Origin: Squalus acanthias
Lineage: Eukaryota
Direction: 5' to 3'
Assembly: GCA_030390025.1 (NCBI GenBank)
Contig: CM059432.1
Span: 148,802,001 to 148,866,000, forward strand
DNA length: 64,000 nucleotides
Under the pieces are notes generated by a model. That model was not told the DNA's origin. It saw only the letters and a program-made list of their open reading frames with translations, and made no database searches. How positions within the stretch are numbered: position 1 is the stretch's first letter; each line of letters starts with the position of its first letter. This document shows positions 25,960-39,289 of the stretch, in pieces. The translations under genes and the position numbers were made by a program.

Positions 25960-26355
25960 TGTGATTGTTCTGGATTTGTTACTGCACCAGAGGCCTGGAT
26001 TAATGATCCGGAAACGTGAGTTCAAATCCCACCACAGGCAGCTGGGAAATTTAAATTCAATTAATTAAATAAATCTGGAATTAAAAAAGCTCGTATCAGT
26101 AATGGTGACCATGAAACTACCGGATTGTCGTAAAAACCCATCTGGTTCACTGATGTCCTTTAGGGAAGGAAATCTGCCGTCCTTACCCGGTCTGGCCTAT
26201 ACGTGACTACAGACCCACAGCAATGTGGTTGACTCGTAACTGCACTCTGCGGTTCAAGAAGGCAGCTCACCACCACCTTCAAGGGCAATTTGGGATGGGC
26301 AATAAATGCCGGCCTTGCCAGCGACGCCCACATCCCATGAATGTAAAAAAAAAAT
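25960..26355 (+). mobile_element. tRNA-derived SINE with RTE-X-like LINE tail
   Basis: B-box GAGTTCAAATCC; core AATGGTGACCATGAAAC..AAAAACCCATCTGGTTCACT; tail nearly identical to the LINE end at ~455-545. Other copies at ~15295-15620 (+) and ~60910-61340 (-). Confidence 0.7.
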
Positions 26356-27159
26356 CAGAACCGGGCGGAACAGAATGGTTATCATGGCGACAGTTTGACC
26401 ATCTTACTGGTTTAGATATGTTCTATCTTGGTCCATGTATAAGGGATCAGGTTGTGTGGCAGGGCATTATTGGAGGATGCTGACTTCTGCAATAGTAACG
26501 AGGCTGAATTTCCTGTTGGTTGGGCAGTATCCATCTGTCTTCCTGTCAGATTTATGCATTTTCCTTCCTGATGGTCAGGGAGGTGTGTACTTAAGTCTTC
26601 CTGCTTCAGTCAAGGGAAGCTCTTTCTCAGCCAGCTCTGTTTATTTATTTTTAATTGGTTTTGGAAAATGCAAGCTTTGGGAGGAAGCTAGCTGCCCGAA
26701 TCTGAACTCTATATTAACGTGAATTTTGTTCTTTTAGAGTCCACAGGTTGCACTGGGTAATGGAGCATTATGGAGATGTTCAGTTACTCGTTGGAGAAGC
26801 TGTGCTAGTGAGGGTACTTGTACAAAAATGGTCTTTTGTATGCAAAGAATTTTAATAAAAATGCTCAACACTGTTGTGCTATCTCAAGTGTTGGTGTTTC
26901 AATGATCCTGATGGGTCACTCCGTGTGGTCCTTGCCCCCACAAATCCATCACCAGAACATTTTTTATTTTCTGAACCATTAGGCTGGGAGCAGTTTAGGT
27001 TTTTTTTTGTAAAATATCCACTTAACATGAGCTTTGTTCAATTTTGAAGAACTTAAGATCATTTTTGAACTGTCATTTCAACAGCTTCATGGAAACAAAT
27101 ATGGAAATTAAAATCAGACAGGTTCTGCCTGGATTACCACCCAAGTGGTGAAGAAAGGA

Positions 27160-27610
27160 AAAAGAAAGACTTGCATTTCTATAGCGCCTTTCACAACCTC
27201 AGGACATCCCAAAGCGCTTTACAGCCAATGAAGTACTTTTGAAGTGGAGTCACTGTTGTAATGTAGGAAACGCGGCAGCCAATTTGCCCACAGTAAGGTC
27301 CCACAAACAGCAATGAGATAATGACCAGTTAATCTGTTTTAGCGATGTTGGTTGAGGGATAAATATTGGCCCCAGGACACCAGGGAGAAATCCCCTGCTC
27401 GTCTTCAAAATAGTGCCGTGGGATCTCTGACATCCACCTCAGAGGGCAGACGTGGCCTTGGTTTGATGTCACATCTGAAAGACGGTGCCTCCGACAGTGC
27501 AGCATTAGAGTGTCAGCCTAGATTTTGTACTTAAGTCATTGGAGTGGGTCGTGAGCACACAACCTTCTGACTCAGAGACAGGAGTGCTGCCGCTGAGCCA
27601 CAGCGAACAC
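27160..27610 (-). mobile_element. Deu-domain SINE (SacSINE1-like)
   Basis: Same head, core and tail as 34425-34895. Confidence 0.82.
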
Positions 27611-28694
27611 TTCAAGGTTAAGATAAGGTGAACGTTACCCCCAGGGAAAGGGCAGGGGAATTAAATTAGGCAGCTCCAGCTGAAGCACTGATACCAGCAC
27701 AAGTGTGATGGGCTGAATGGCCTCCCGCTGTCCTGTAATTTCTATGATTCTTTAAAGAGTGTTATTGAGCATATAGAGGCCCACTATCTGCAAAGTTCCA
27801 AAACTATTGAAACTTATCCAGTGCACAATCTATCAAATAAACTAAATTGAGTAGCGACAAAGGAAAAAGCCAGTGATGGAGATTTGATATGTCAGAGGCA
27901 TAAAGGGGGTTCTGAACCTTGATCATGTCAGTTCTGATGAAGGGTCCCATCCAAAATGCCTTTCCTCTTCCTAATGCTGCGCACATCAACTGTTTTAAAT
28001 GGAATAGGCACCTGGTAACATCGAACACCTTTTCTCATTTGCTGAACAATGTTTGCCGTCAGTCTACAAAATTATTTCCAGTTTTCCACATTTTCCCTGT
28101 AACACCTGCGGTGTAACCTTGTGCACAAATCATACCCTCACTCAGGCTTTCGTGGCCTGTGGATTTTCGTCTATTTTCACGACAACCTGAAAAGTTTGTT
28201 TTAGTCAGGTGTTATTAAGATAGAAAAAAAGGTTTCCGACTGTATTTTTTGGAGTGGCAAATCTTAATTCCTCGTTTTGCAGCATTTTCAGTAAAACGCA
28301 GGACTTGGCATCGCTCCATAAAGACCCTGGACCTATTTTCAGTGCTGGCACGAAACTGGGCCTCTCGTCCCTGCCAGTTTTTGAGTGATGCAAAGGGAGA
28401 TCTGGTTTGGGAGGGAGAGGGGCAGTGGTTAACACTCTGCAGCTGGAACTCTTGACTCTTGTTTGGCCCGTACAACCAGAAGAAACAAACTTATTGAAAA
28501 CAACACCAGCTTAGACCTAGTAAATTAGCTTAACAGAAAGCCTCAAAAGTGTATTTTATTTATATCAAGGAATGCATCAGATCTCGCCCCTGCCAAGTAA
28601 ATACATTTTACAATCTAACATTAGCTCACCTAGAGAAAATGTAGATTTTTTTTCTGGAGGGTAAGTGTGAAAATACAATCTGCCCACTGGAGGA

Positions 28695-29180
28695 TCTTTG
28701 TTCCTGGGATGGCAGGAATGACGTATGAAGAGAGATTGGGTCGATTGGGCTTATACTCGCTGGAGTTTAGAAGAATGAGAGGGGATCTCATTGAAACTTA
28801 TAAAATTCTAACAGGACTAGACAGATTAGATGCAGGAAGGATGGTCCCGATGGCCGGGGAGTCCAAAACCAGGGGTCACAGTCTAAGGATAAGGGGTAAG
28901 CCATTTAGGACTGAGATGAGGAGGAATTTCTTCACCCAGAGAGTGGTGAACCTGTGGAATTCTCTACCACAGAAGGCAGTAGAGGCCAATTCATTAAATA
29001 TATTCATGAAGGAGTTAGATACATTTCTTAAAGCTAAAGGGATCAAGGGATATGGAGAGAAGACAGGGCCAGGGTACTGAATTTGGATTATCAGCCATGA
29101 TCTCATTGAATGGCGGAGCAGGCTCGAGGGGCTGAATGGCCTACTCCTGCTCCTATCTTCTATGTTTCTATGTTTCTATG
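28695..29180 (+). mobile_element. CR1 LINE 3' end
   Basis: YEERLGRLGLYSLEFRRMRGDLIETYKIL..FFTQRVVNLWNSLP; tail (TTCTATGT)n. More CR1 debris at ~29370-29955, 30600-30870, 35010-35265, 36690-37000, 37240-38510, 47860-49345, 54263-54905 and 61330-62545. Confidence 0.9.
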
Positions 29181-32071
29181 TTTTAAGGACGTGTAACGAG
29201 TCAAAGATTCGTGTGCCGTATGTGAGTAAATGTTGCGAGGGTCCGCTCCTGGTGTGAAGCTTCCATCAACTGGAGCACGAGTCAGAGAATCGGGGCTTCC
29301 AATTTTCCAGTGAGTAAAATTACAACGAATCACTGAAATATTGGTTGCACCACACATCAGTGCTGACCTCCAAAAAAGCTGTTGAAGCTAGGTCAACTGA
29401 AAATTTCAAAAGAGAGATGGATAGATTTTTGTTAGGCAAGGATATTAAGGGTTACGGAACCAAGGCGGGTAGTTGGAGTTAAGATACAGATCAGTAATGA
29501 TCTAATTGAATGAGCTCGAGGGGCTGAATGGCCTACTCTCGTTCCCGGCTCTCCGTTCTGTGCACACTTCACCGAAAGCCTATCCTCATAAAATATACCC
29601 TGCAGTATAAAAGACTTACAGCAACAGAACAATTACTTGTAAGGATCATTGAAGTATTTCCTCAATGATTACAATGCAAACAGTAAGTAAGTTCCATGCA
29701 GTATAAGAAAGATGATTTTGGTGATTTCCCCACCTCTGGTCTTGGCAAGCACTGGATCATGGGATAAACTCTTCATGTGCAGTACAAACGTCGGTGTGAG
29801 ACCCAATCAATTTCCCTAGTATGGGCAAACACAGCCCATAAAATGATGCCGTCACTTTGCCCGAGAATGTTCTTGATAATACTCAGCCATGATCTTATTG
29901 CAGGCTCGAAGGGCTGCATGGCCTACTCCTGCTCCTAATTCTTATGTTCTTATGTAACACTCATCATTTATTAACAGCACATCCAGATGTTAATACAAAA
30001 GTTGCATGAACCTGTGCCTTGGTGTTATAGTTAATCGTTAGTCATATATCAGTTGTAAAAAAAAAACACTTTTAAATGATGTAATCACGTTAAAATCCAG
30101 ACAAATTATCAACATAAGGTCTCAAAATAGCAGACTATTGTACAAAGATATCACTGTAAATGGCATCGCCTGCAAAGTATACTGTAACAATGACAGAAAT
30201 TCTATTTTATTGAGCCAAGTTACTTCGAGCCTATTAAGGTATTAAAATAGCAGGAAGGGGAAGAAGGAGCAGCCAATTTCAAGCGTAGTATGAACATTCA
30301 GGAGCAATCTCAATCAGAAACTAAATGTACACTAACATCCCCAGAATCAAGATAGTTAATGGAATGGAGAAGGTAAATCTCGAATATTACTTTAAATTGG
30401 AAGCCCATCATTTTCCCAGGATTAATTGCAATTCCACTCACCAGAAATTCGGGAATGCCACAAGTTGAGCACGTTGACCGCTGCACCCAATTCTCCGATC
30501 CGCGCTGCCCATAGTGGAGGCTTCAAAACTTGAACAGAGCCTCGCAAAATTTACCTACATTTGGCACGCAAACCTTTCCCACATTACACATTTTACATTT
30601 TTTTTTTAAAACAAACAAATGTTAGAATAAAGAGGGCAAAGGGACACTGGTAAAAGGCAATTTTAGGAGTGATATCAGGAAATTGTCCCTCACACAGAGC
30701 ATGATCAACGTGTGGAAGAAACTTCCACATACAGTAGTGGCGGTGTACTGGAGGTATGGAAGATGTAATTGGACTTTGCAATGAGAGGACTTTAGAGATT
30801 TTCCCTGTATGGATGAACTAGATGGGCCAAAAGACCTCCCTCATCTCTAATTATCTTCTGATCGTGTGGACACAGGTCCCAAAATTCCTGATCCCAACTC
30901 CACGAGGCCAGTTTTCATCTGGTTACCACCTCATTTCGAGGTGTAAACAGGGACGTGTCCACCTGTTCCGATTTTTGAAGCGGATGTCAGTTTGGGTTTT
31001 GAGCCTGAGAGGTTTCCATTGCTTCATTGTAAGTTCCTCTGCTGCTGAAAACTCTTGTTCCATTTCACTCCTGATGTTTCCCCCTCCTCTCCTTTAAGGT
31101 ACTGGAGCAGGCTCGTGATGATTGGCTGCCTCTCTGGCTTTCCCAGCATCCTAATTGGTGAGCATCCTATCAGGAATGTGACTAACGCTGGCAGCTCGCC
31201 CATTCAATGCAAATGAGGTCCGGTCGTAAAAACTGATTGGGTCTCCCGCCAACGTGATTGGGTGGACGGAGCGGACTCCCTGCCCACCATCCTCTGGATG
31301 CATACTGGAAAAGAAAATCGACCTCCAGAGGTTGGAATATAGTGAAGGGAAGGAAGAAAGGATGGAGGGAGGGAGGGATGGAGGGAGGGAAGGAGGGAAG
31401 GATGGAGGGAGGGTGGGGACTCTAGCTGTCCATGTTGACTGATGTGGGAATGGACCTCAGACTATGACAGTCGCTTTATGTTTGTGGGTCTTAAGTTTAC
31501 TTTACATTTTACAAATATTTGGGAGCACGCTGCAGCTTCCAACACTCCCGTTGTCCCAGCTCTGGTAGGAGCAGGTACTAAATGAGGCTTCCACCCACCC
31601 CTGAGGATTGCCCACCCTCCAGGATTGCCCTGGAGTCTCCAGCAATCCAAGATTCATCTCCAGGACACTGTTGCGAGAAACCCAGGAGATAGATCAGGGC
31701 ATTAAAAAAGTTGTGGGTTTTTTCATTTTCTTTGGAGGCATTGGAGGCAGTTCAGAGACGATTCACTAGGTTAATTCCAGAGACTTATGAAAAAAGGTTG
31801 AGCAGGCTGGGCCTATACTCATTGGAATTTAGAAGAATGAGAGGGGATCTTATTGAAACAGATAAGATACTGAGCGGGCTCGACAAGGTAGCTGCAGAGA
31901 GGATGTTTCCCCTCATGGGGAAATCTAGAACTCGGGGGCATAGTCTCAGAATAAAGGGTCGCCCTTTTAGAACTGAGATGAGGAGGAATTTCTTCTCAGA
32001 GGGTCGTAAATCTGTGGAATTCTCTGCCGCAGAGAGCCGTGGAGGCTGGGTCATTAAATATATTTAAGGTG

Positions 32072-32272
32072 ATGATGCGGAGATGCCGGTGTTGGACTGG
32101 GGTGGACAAAAGTGAGAAGTCGCACAACACCAGGTTATAGTCCAACAGTTTTATTTGAAATCACAAGCTTTCGGAGCGGCTGCTCCTTCACCTGACGAAG
32201 GGGCAGCCGCTCCGAAAGCTTGTGATTTCAAATAAAACTGTTGGACTATAACCTGGTGTTGTGCGACTTCTC
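32072..32272. mobile_element. Fold-back insertion of a second PLE-like family (77-bp arms) inside a CR1 fragment
   Basis: 12-bp TSD ATATTTAAGGTG at 32060-32071 and 32273-32284. Arms 32113-32189 and 32197-32273, with a ~41-nt unpaired terminal extension. Confidence 0.85.
32187..32225 (+). ncRNA. Minimal hammerhead ribozyme motif, second family
   Basis: TCAC-CTGACGA-A-GGGGC.AGCC.GCTCC-GAAA-GCTT-GTGA; palindromic AAGCTT stem III, TCAC/GTGA stem I. Confidence 0.68.
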
Positions 32273-32934
32273 ATATTTAAGGTGGAGATAGACAGATTTT
32301 TGCAAGATAAGGGAGTGAAGGGTTATGGGGAGCGGACAGGGAAGTGGCTTTGAGCCCAAGATCAGCCATGATCTTATTGAATGGCGGAGCAGGCTCGAGG
32401 GGCCAAGTGGCCTATTCCTGCTCCTATTTCTTATGTTCTTTGAACACTTTTAGTTATTAATTCTAAAAGTATTGGAGATGACAAGAAAAGACTGTTTGGC
32501 TGATTTTCATGCATTATCCAATCGGATGATGAAAAGTCTGTACATTTTCCAATTGGCTTGAGAAGGCAGTGAGGAAGGATGGAAGGCAACAACCGGCAGC
32601 AATGTAGGGGCAGGGTAGGTGGAGGCAGGAGATCATATGATTAAACCTCCAGGACTATGTCCAACCCTAGATAGTCGAACACTATTCGAAGAAGAGCAGG
32701 GGAGATCTCCCCGGTGTCCCGGCCAATATTTATCCCTCAACCAACATTCACTAAAAATAGATGATCCAGTCATTATCTCATTGCTGTTTGTGGGACCTTG
32801 CTGAGCGCAAATTGGCTGCCGCGTTTCCTAGATTACAACAGTGACTACACTTCATTGGGCAGTAAAGGGCCTTGGGACATCCGGAGGTTCTGAAAGGCGT
32901 TATATAAATGCAAGTGTTTCTTTCTTTTCTTTCA

Positions 32935-33920
32935 GTGGAACTATATTACAGATGTTGATGGAGTTATCCTGTAAACTGAGTTTATGTCACAACCTCATGG
33001 GGGCGAAACTTGGAATGATGTCATTTTGAATTAACAAAATTGAGGCTCATGGAATAGGTGGGTCAGTGGCAGCTTGGATAAGGAATTGGCTTAAGGACAG
33101 AAAACAGCGAGTTATGGTAAATGGTTGTTTTTCAGACTGGAGGATGGTAGACAGTGGTGTTCCCCAAGGGTCAGTGCTGGGGCCACTGCTTTTTTTGATA
33201 TATATAAATGACCTGGATATGTGTGGGTTAGGTTGATTTGGCTATGATAAATTGACCCTTAGTGTTAGGGGGATTAAATACGTGGGGTTACGGGATAGGG
33301 TGGGATATGTGTCGGTGCAGGCTCGATGGGCCGAAATGGCCTCTATCTGCACTGTGGGGATTCTGTGATTCTGTGATATTGGAATACCGAGTAGAATTTC
33401 TAAATTTGCCGATGACACCAAACAACTGGAGTATTGCGTCCAATTCTGGTCACCACACTTTAGGAAGGATGTGAAGGCCCTTGAGAGGGTGCAGAGGAGA
33501 TTTACCAGAATGGTTCTGGGGATGGAGGATCTTAGCTACAAGGATAGGTTGGAGAAGCTGGATTTGTTTTCATTAGAGCAAAGGAGGTTGCGGGGTGATT
33601 TGATGGTACTAGTTGATGGTACAAGGACTAGGGGACAAGATTTAAGGTTTTGGGCAAGAGATACAGGGGGGATGTGAGGAAAAACTTTTTTACGCAGCGA
33701 GTGGTGAGGACTTGGAATTCGCTGCCGACGGACGTGGTGGAAGCGGAGACACTCAATGTTTTCAAGGGGAGACTGGATAGGCACTTGAGGGAAATAAACT
33801 TGCAGGGCTACGGGGATAGAGCGGGGGAATGGGACTGACTGGATTGCTCTACAGAGAGCCGGCGCGGACTCGATGGGCCGAATGGCCTCCTTCTGTGCCA
33901 TAATGACTCTATGACTCTAT
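32935..33920 (+). mobile_element. CR1 LINE fragment with internal deletions and an HE1 insert
   Basis: [48 protein letters not shown]. Confidence 0.85.
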
Positions 33921-34424
33921 AAGTTGGCCAGTACTTTAACAGATGCAGCCTCAAGCGCAGGCTGGTAATGTCGGCGTGATAACCTGTTAATACGGGATTA
34001 TTGCTGTGAGGTCTGCTACCTGACAGAATGTTGCTGTGATTGCTCCAGGAAAAGCCAATACATTTTTAGAAAAGGCACCGATAGGGAAATATTCTAAAAA
34101 AAAAATGATCAAAACCCCTGAAAATAACAAAGTAGTTAGTGAGCCCCGTTTCAACCCAGGAAAGTGGCAAGCGTGTACATTGGGCGTACTGCCCTCTGTG
34201 CTCAGTCCCGAGATCTGTACCCTATAACCCTCAATGTCACAATCTGCATTAACACTGCCCGCCACTGTTGACTCGATAAACTTACGAGGTGAGATTTTGT
34301 CCTCCCTCTACACACTCCAGTCCGACCTACATTATAAGTGCAGCAGGGTGGGATTTCCACTGCCTGTTTGCCCCGCCCCTGAATCCTGGCAGGATTCTGC
34401 CCTGCGCCATGGAGCCCACCAGGG

Positions 34425-34895
34425 CTAAAAGAAAGAAAGACTTGCATTTATATAGCACCTTTCACGACCACTGGACGTCCCATAGCGCTTTACAGCCAAT
34501 GAAGTACTTTTTGAAGTGCAGTCACTGTTGTAATGTGGGAAGCGCGGCAACCAATTTGCACACAGCAAGCTCCCACAAACAGCAATGTGATAATGACCAG
34601 ATCATCAGTTTTAGTGATGTTGGTTGAGGGATAAATATTGGCCACAACACCGGGGAGAACTCCCCTGCTCTTCTTCGAAATAGTGCCATGGGATCTTTTA
34701 CGTCCACCTGAGAGAGCAGACGGGGCCTCGGTTTAACGTCTCATCCGAAAGACGGCACCTCCGACAGTGCAGCGCTCCCTCAGCACTGCACTGGAGTGTC
34801 AGCCTAGATTTGTGATCAAATCCCTGGAGTGGGACTTGAACACACAACCTTCTGACTCAGAGGCGAGTGTGCTACCCACTGAGCCACGGCTGACA
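34425..34895 (-). mobile_element. Full-length Deu-domain SINE (SacSINE1-like)
   Basis: Reverse complement of the 40870-41335 architecture; uninterrupted, so it serves as the empty-site reference. Confidence 0.85.
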
Positions 34896-37582
34896 CGAGG
34901 GACAAAGATGGCCACCGCCGTCGTACATGTGCGGGACGGTCCCCATCCAAGTTCACACTGCCCGCCAGAGTCACCAACGTGACTGGAGGGGAAAAATCCT
35001 GCCTACTGAATCGAAACACGCTTCCAGGAGAGATGAGGGGAAAGTTTTTTACGCAGCGAGTGGTTATGATCTGGAACGTGCTGCCTGAAAGGGCGGTGGA
35101 AGCAGATTCAATAGTAACTTTCAAAAGGGAATTGGATAAATACTTGAAAAGGAAGAATGTGCAGGCTTGTGGGGAAGGGGCAGGGGAGTGGGACTGATTG
35201 GAGAGCTCTTTCAAAGAGCCAGCACAGGCACGATGGGCCGAATGACCTCCTTCTGCATTGTATGATCCGAAGTATTCCGAAACTTAACTCTAGTCATTAC
35301 TTATCCAGCCTATCACATAGCCCCGATGTTGTAACATATTTAAACAACTGTTGGATTGAACCACATGTAACACACTCATGGACTTTGCTACTCATGTGTT
35401 AGGTGGTCAGCTCCACTTACTGTTTCAATGAGGGATTACAGGAGTGACTCACCCAGTATCCTTTACTTTAAGGGAGTCTTATTTTTGTATTACAACTTTG
35501 CTGTTGCTGCTATTACCCCACACAGGCCAGGAACATTCTTTTAAAATTAAACTATTATTCATGGCCTTTAGTACTGCTTGAAAAAGAGCGCTTCTTTATG
35601 TATTTTCAATAATTCTGGAATAATTTAATCAGACGCTCCTTGCTGCCAGAATGTTTTTTATTGAATATAATTTGAGTCTGGAAAACTTTTCAATAGAAAC
35701 CTTGTTAGGCAACTTACAAATGTCGCAGCTTATAACCATTAATGATAATACTGCTTTTTAAACCTAAAATCCCTGAAGCGTTTCTACAGCCGTGGGGAAC
35801 GCGGAGCCTTAAACAAGTTCCTCGTATCTCACGGAGCCGACTTCAATTGTCCTGCTTCAATCACAGGTTCATTATTACTTTATCGACACAGATTCAAAGT
35901 GAGTGTTGCTCAAAACAGCCAGAGATCAGACTGGCTGGATATCTAGAGAGAGGTCTTTTCAATAGCTTCACACTGCCTGAAAGGCCCTCGAGATCTAGGA
36001 CACCACAGCACCGGTCAAGCTTGTGTTCTTGGTTCCTTTTCGTTAACATGAAGCAACCTCATTGTCTGGTTAATACGTAGTAACACCCAATTCGTATAAG
36101 ATCTCCCAACTAAAACCCACTCTCATGTCATCATTCACAGTTTCTCCTTGTATTTTTGGCAAAAAAAATATGGTAACTAAAGGCTCCTAATTAATGTACT
36201 CTCCAAAGCAGTAACTATCCTTGAAACTTGAATGAATCAGAATGGGAAATGGCTACACACCAGAGATGGGCTCCGGTTGTATAAAATAGAAATTGTTCCC
36301 AAGCTTCGGTTCACATAAGGGGTTTTCACAGCGAATTGGTTTGGTTTGTGCTGTGGGTGGTGTTCTTGTCTGCCTTCTGCAACTGCTTGGATCCTAAACC
36401 CACAATAAAACTAAGTTTACAGTTTTGGCACTGGGGTTAACGGAATTGGTTTTAGACGGGTAAAGGTGGGCCTGGTGGTTCGTGGACATCATCTCCCACA
36501 ACCCGATCTAAACAAATACCAGCATAAAAGCAGCCCATGTCAGCAATATAGCATTGCACCTGGTGAGGCCAGGCTCGCAGTAGAGAGAGGCCGGAATTTT
36601 GTGGAGGAAAGTAAGTTGGGAGCGCAGGGGAGGGGGGGGAGGGGCTCCGAGGTGGTCGGGAAACGGGTTTCCCACAAGCCCTGCCGACTTTAACTTAATT
36701 TTCTATACTCAAGGGAATACAGGCCTAGTCTATGCAACCTGTCCTCATAATTTAACCCTTTTAGCCCCGGTATCATTCTGGTGAGTGTGCTGCGTCCCCT
36801 CCAAGGTCAACGTAGCCTTCCTGAGCTGCGGTGCCCAGAACTGAACGCATTTCTGCAGATGGGGTATAACCAGAGCATTAGACAACAGTAGCACAGCTTC
36901 CACCCCTTTGTACTCCAGCCGCCTTGGCCTTTTAAAACATTTTCGCACCTACCCACTAGCTTTTAGTTATTTCTGTTCTTGGACTCCTAAATCTCTCTGC
37001 AATAGGGTAAACGTTGCAAGTCCAGACCAGGAACCTCACTAATCTACTAATATCACTTAAAAAATAGATTCTCTGTTCCGATATCTCATTGTTGCTGTGC
37101 ACAAATTGTCATGTATCCCGACATCACAACGCTGATTACATTCCAAAAAGTGTAAATTATTGGCAGTGAAACGCTTTGGGAAGTCTTGAAATCGTGAACA
37201 ATATATAAATGCAATTTCCCTGGAAGGATGTTTTGACCTTGGAAGGGGGAGCAGCACAGATTCACCAGAATGATACCAGGTCTTAAAGAGTTAAATTATG
37301 AGGACAGGTTGCATAGACTAGGCTTGTAATCCCATGAGTATAGAAGATTAAGGAGTGATCTAATTCAGGTGTTTAAGTTGTTTAAAGGAGTTGATAGAGA
37401 GAAATTATTTCTTCTGGTGGGGGAGTCCAGAACAAGGGGTCATAACCTTAAAGTTAGAGCCAGGCCGTTCAGGGGTGATGTCAGGCAGCACTTCTTCACA
37501 CAAAGGCAAGTGGAAATCTAGAAAACCCTTCCCCAAAATGCTGCTGAGGCTAGGACAATTGAAAGTTTCAAAACAGATATTT

Positions 37583-38368
37583 GCAACACCTGCCCTTTTA
37601 CCTCCTCCCTTCCCACTGTCCAGGGCCCCAAACACCCCTTCCAGGTGAAACAGCGATTTACTTGTACTTCTTGCAATCTAGTATACTGTATTCGCTGCTC
37701 ACGATGCGGTCTCCTCTACATTGGGGAGGCAAACCCAGATTGGGCGACCGCTTTGCGGAACACCTCCGTTCAGTCTGTAAGGGTGACCCCGAGCTTCCGG
37801 TCGCCTGTCACTTTAATTCTCCGCTCCACTCCCACTCTGACCTCTCCATTCTCGGCCTCTTACACTGTTACAACAAAGCTCAACGTAAGCTCGAGGAACG
37901 GCACCTCATCTTTCGATGAGGCCCTTTACAGCCTTCTGGACTCAACATCGAGTTCAACAATTTCAGACTTTCACCTCTGTCCCCATTGTTTTTTTTAACA
38001 TGGCAGCTGTCGATCATTCTGCCATTCCCATTTACACCTCATCTAGAGACATCTTTTGTTTCTTAACTTGTCCCATTACCATCTCCTTTTGCCTTGCACC
38101 ATCATCCCTTTTGTCATTTAACCTCTCCTGCCTTCCATCCTATCACAGACCTTCCCTTTTGTTCTTTCCTCCTCCCCTCCCTTCCCCTGCCCCTACACTT
38201 GCTTAAAATCTGTTCCATCTCCAACTTTTTCCAGTTCTGACGAAGGGTCATCGACCTGAAACGTTAACTCTGTTTCTCTCTCCGCAGATGCTGCCTGACC
38301 TGCTGAGCATTTCCAGCATTTTCTGTTTTTATTTCAGATTTTCAGCATCTGCAGTATTTTGCTGTTGT
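37583..38368 (+). mobile_element. Penelope-like element 3' fragment (GIY-YIG endonuclease plus pLTR with hammerhead motif)
   Basis: VKQRFTCTSCNLVYCIRCSRCGLLYIGE...RLGDRFAEHLRSV...PVACHFNS...GLNIEF, followed by pLTR. Inserted in a CR1 3' fragment. Confidence 0.9.
38233..38269 (+). ncRNA. Minimal type-I hammerhead ribozyme motif
   Basis: AGTT-CTGACGA-A-GGGTC.ATC.GACCT-GAAA-CGTT-AACT: intact CUGANGA/GAAA core, stem II, palindromic AACGTT stem III, AGTT/AACT stem I. Confidence 0.7.
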
Positions 38369-38725
38369 ATTGATAGATTTTTGTTGGCCAAGGGTATTCA
38401 GGGATATGGAACCAAGGCAGGTAGATGGAGTTAAGATACAGATCAGCCCTGATCTAATCGAATGGCGGAACAGGCTGGAGGGACTGAATAGCCGATTCCT
38501 GTTCATATGCTCCTGCACCCTCCACTGGTGGTAGACTGTAATTACCGTGTCACAAATTAACATGGGCACTTTCCATTATGAATATGGATATAGTAATTTA
38601 TAATGGTTCTCCTGTTCCTATGTTGAAGTTCTTTCACCCACCCATCAACAGCTTTAAACATGCTGTTAACATTATTGGTTAAACTGGAGGTGGATGTGTT
38701 ATTAATGGGAAATCTCCATTACTGT

Positions 38726-39037
38726 ATCACAGAATCCCCATAGTGCAGATAGAGGCCATTTCGGCCCATCGAGCCTGCACCGACACATATCCCACCCTAT
38801 CCCCGTAACCCCACGTATTTAATCCCCCTAACACTAAGGGTCAATTTATCATAGCCAAATCAACCTAACCCGCACATCTTTGGACTGTGGGAGGAAACCG
38901 GAGCACCCGGAGGAAACCCACGCAGACACGGGGAGAATGTGCAAACTCCACACAGACAGTCACCCGAGGCCGGATTCGAACCCAGGTCCCTGGCGCTGTG
39001 AGGCAACAGTGCAAACCACTATGCCACCGTGTTGCCC
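38726..39037 (-). mobile_element. HE1-type V-SINE, tail type A
   Basis: tRNA head GGGCAACACGGTGGCATAGTGG..GGGTTCGAATCC, V-domain GTCTGCGTGGGTTTCCTCCGGGTGCTCCGGTTTCCTCCCACAGTCCAAAGA, CR1-derived tail ending GATTCTGTGAT. A 3' fragment also lies at ~33220-33377 (+). Confidence 0.9.
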
Positions 39038-39289
39038 GTCACTAACTCAATGCAAACTGCATCAAAAGACCTGAGTGATGTTAACCTTTAAATCAAAATA
39101 TAATGAAACCACCCAGGAATGCAGAGGCTTTATTCTGTTTTCATTAAACATAATAAATTTTTCATTTTGCAGAAACCAGACTGTCTTAATTCCTAATAGT
39201 GTTTATATATGTGGAAGTGAATCAGGAATAGGATATGCAAACCCTTTGCAATGTAAGCACTGAAGAATAACAACATCGCATGGCAAGGA

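Larger units (their letters stand above)
31602..32670. mobile_element. Related hAT-type MITE with nested CR1 (~31735-32440) and PLE hairpin
   Basis: Internal sequence similar to 5561-6254 (ATCTCC..GACACTG..CCCAGGAG; TTTCCAATTGG; AAACCTCC.GGA.TATGTCCAACC). Confidence 0.6.

Noticed and set aside
38960..39037. tRNA genes at A/B-box sequences (also ~40870, ~34890, ~58200)
   Set aside because: These are SINE heads continuing into V- or Deu-domains; no complete cloverleaf evident.
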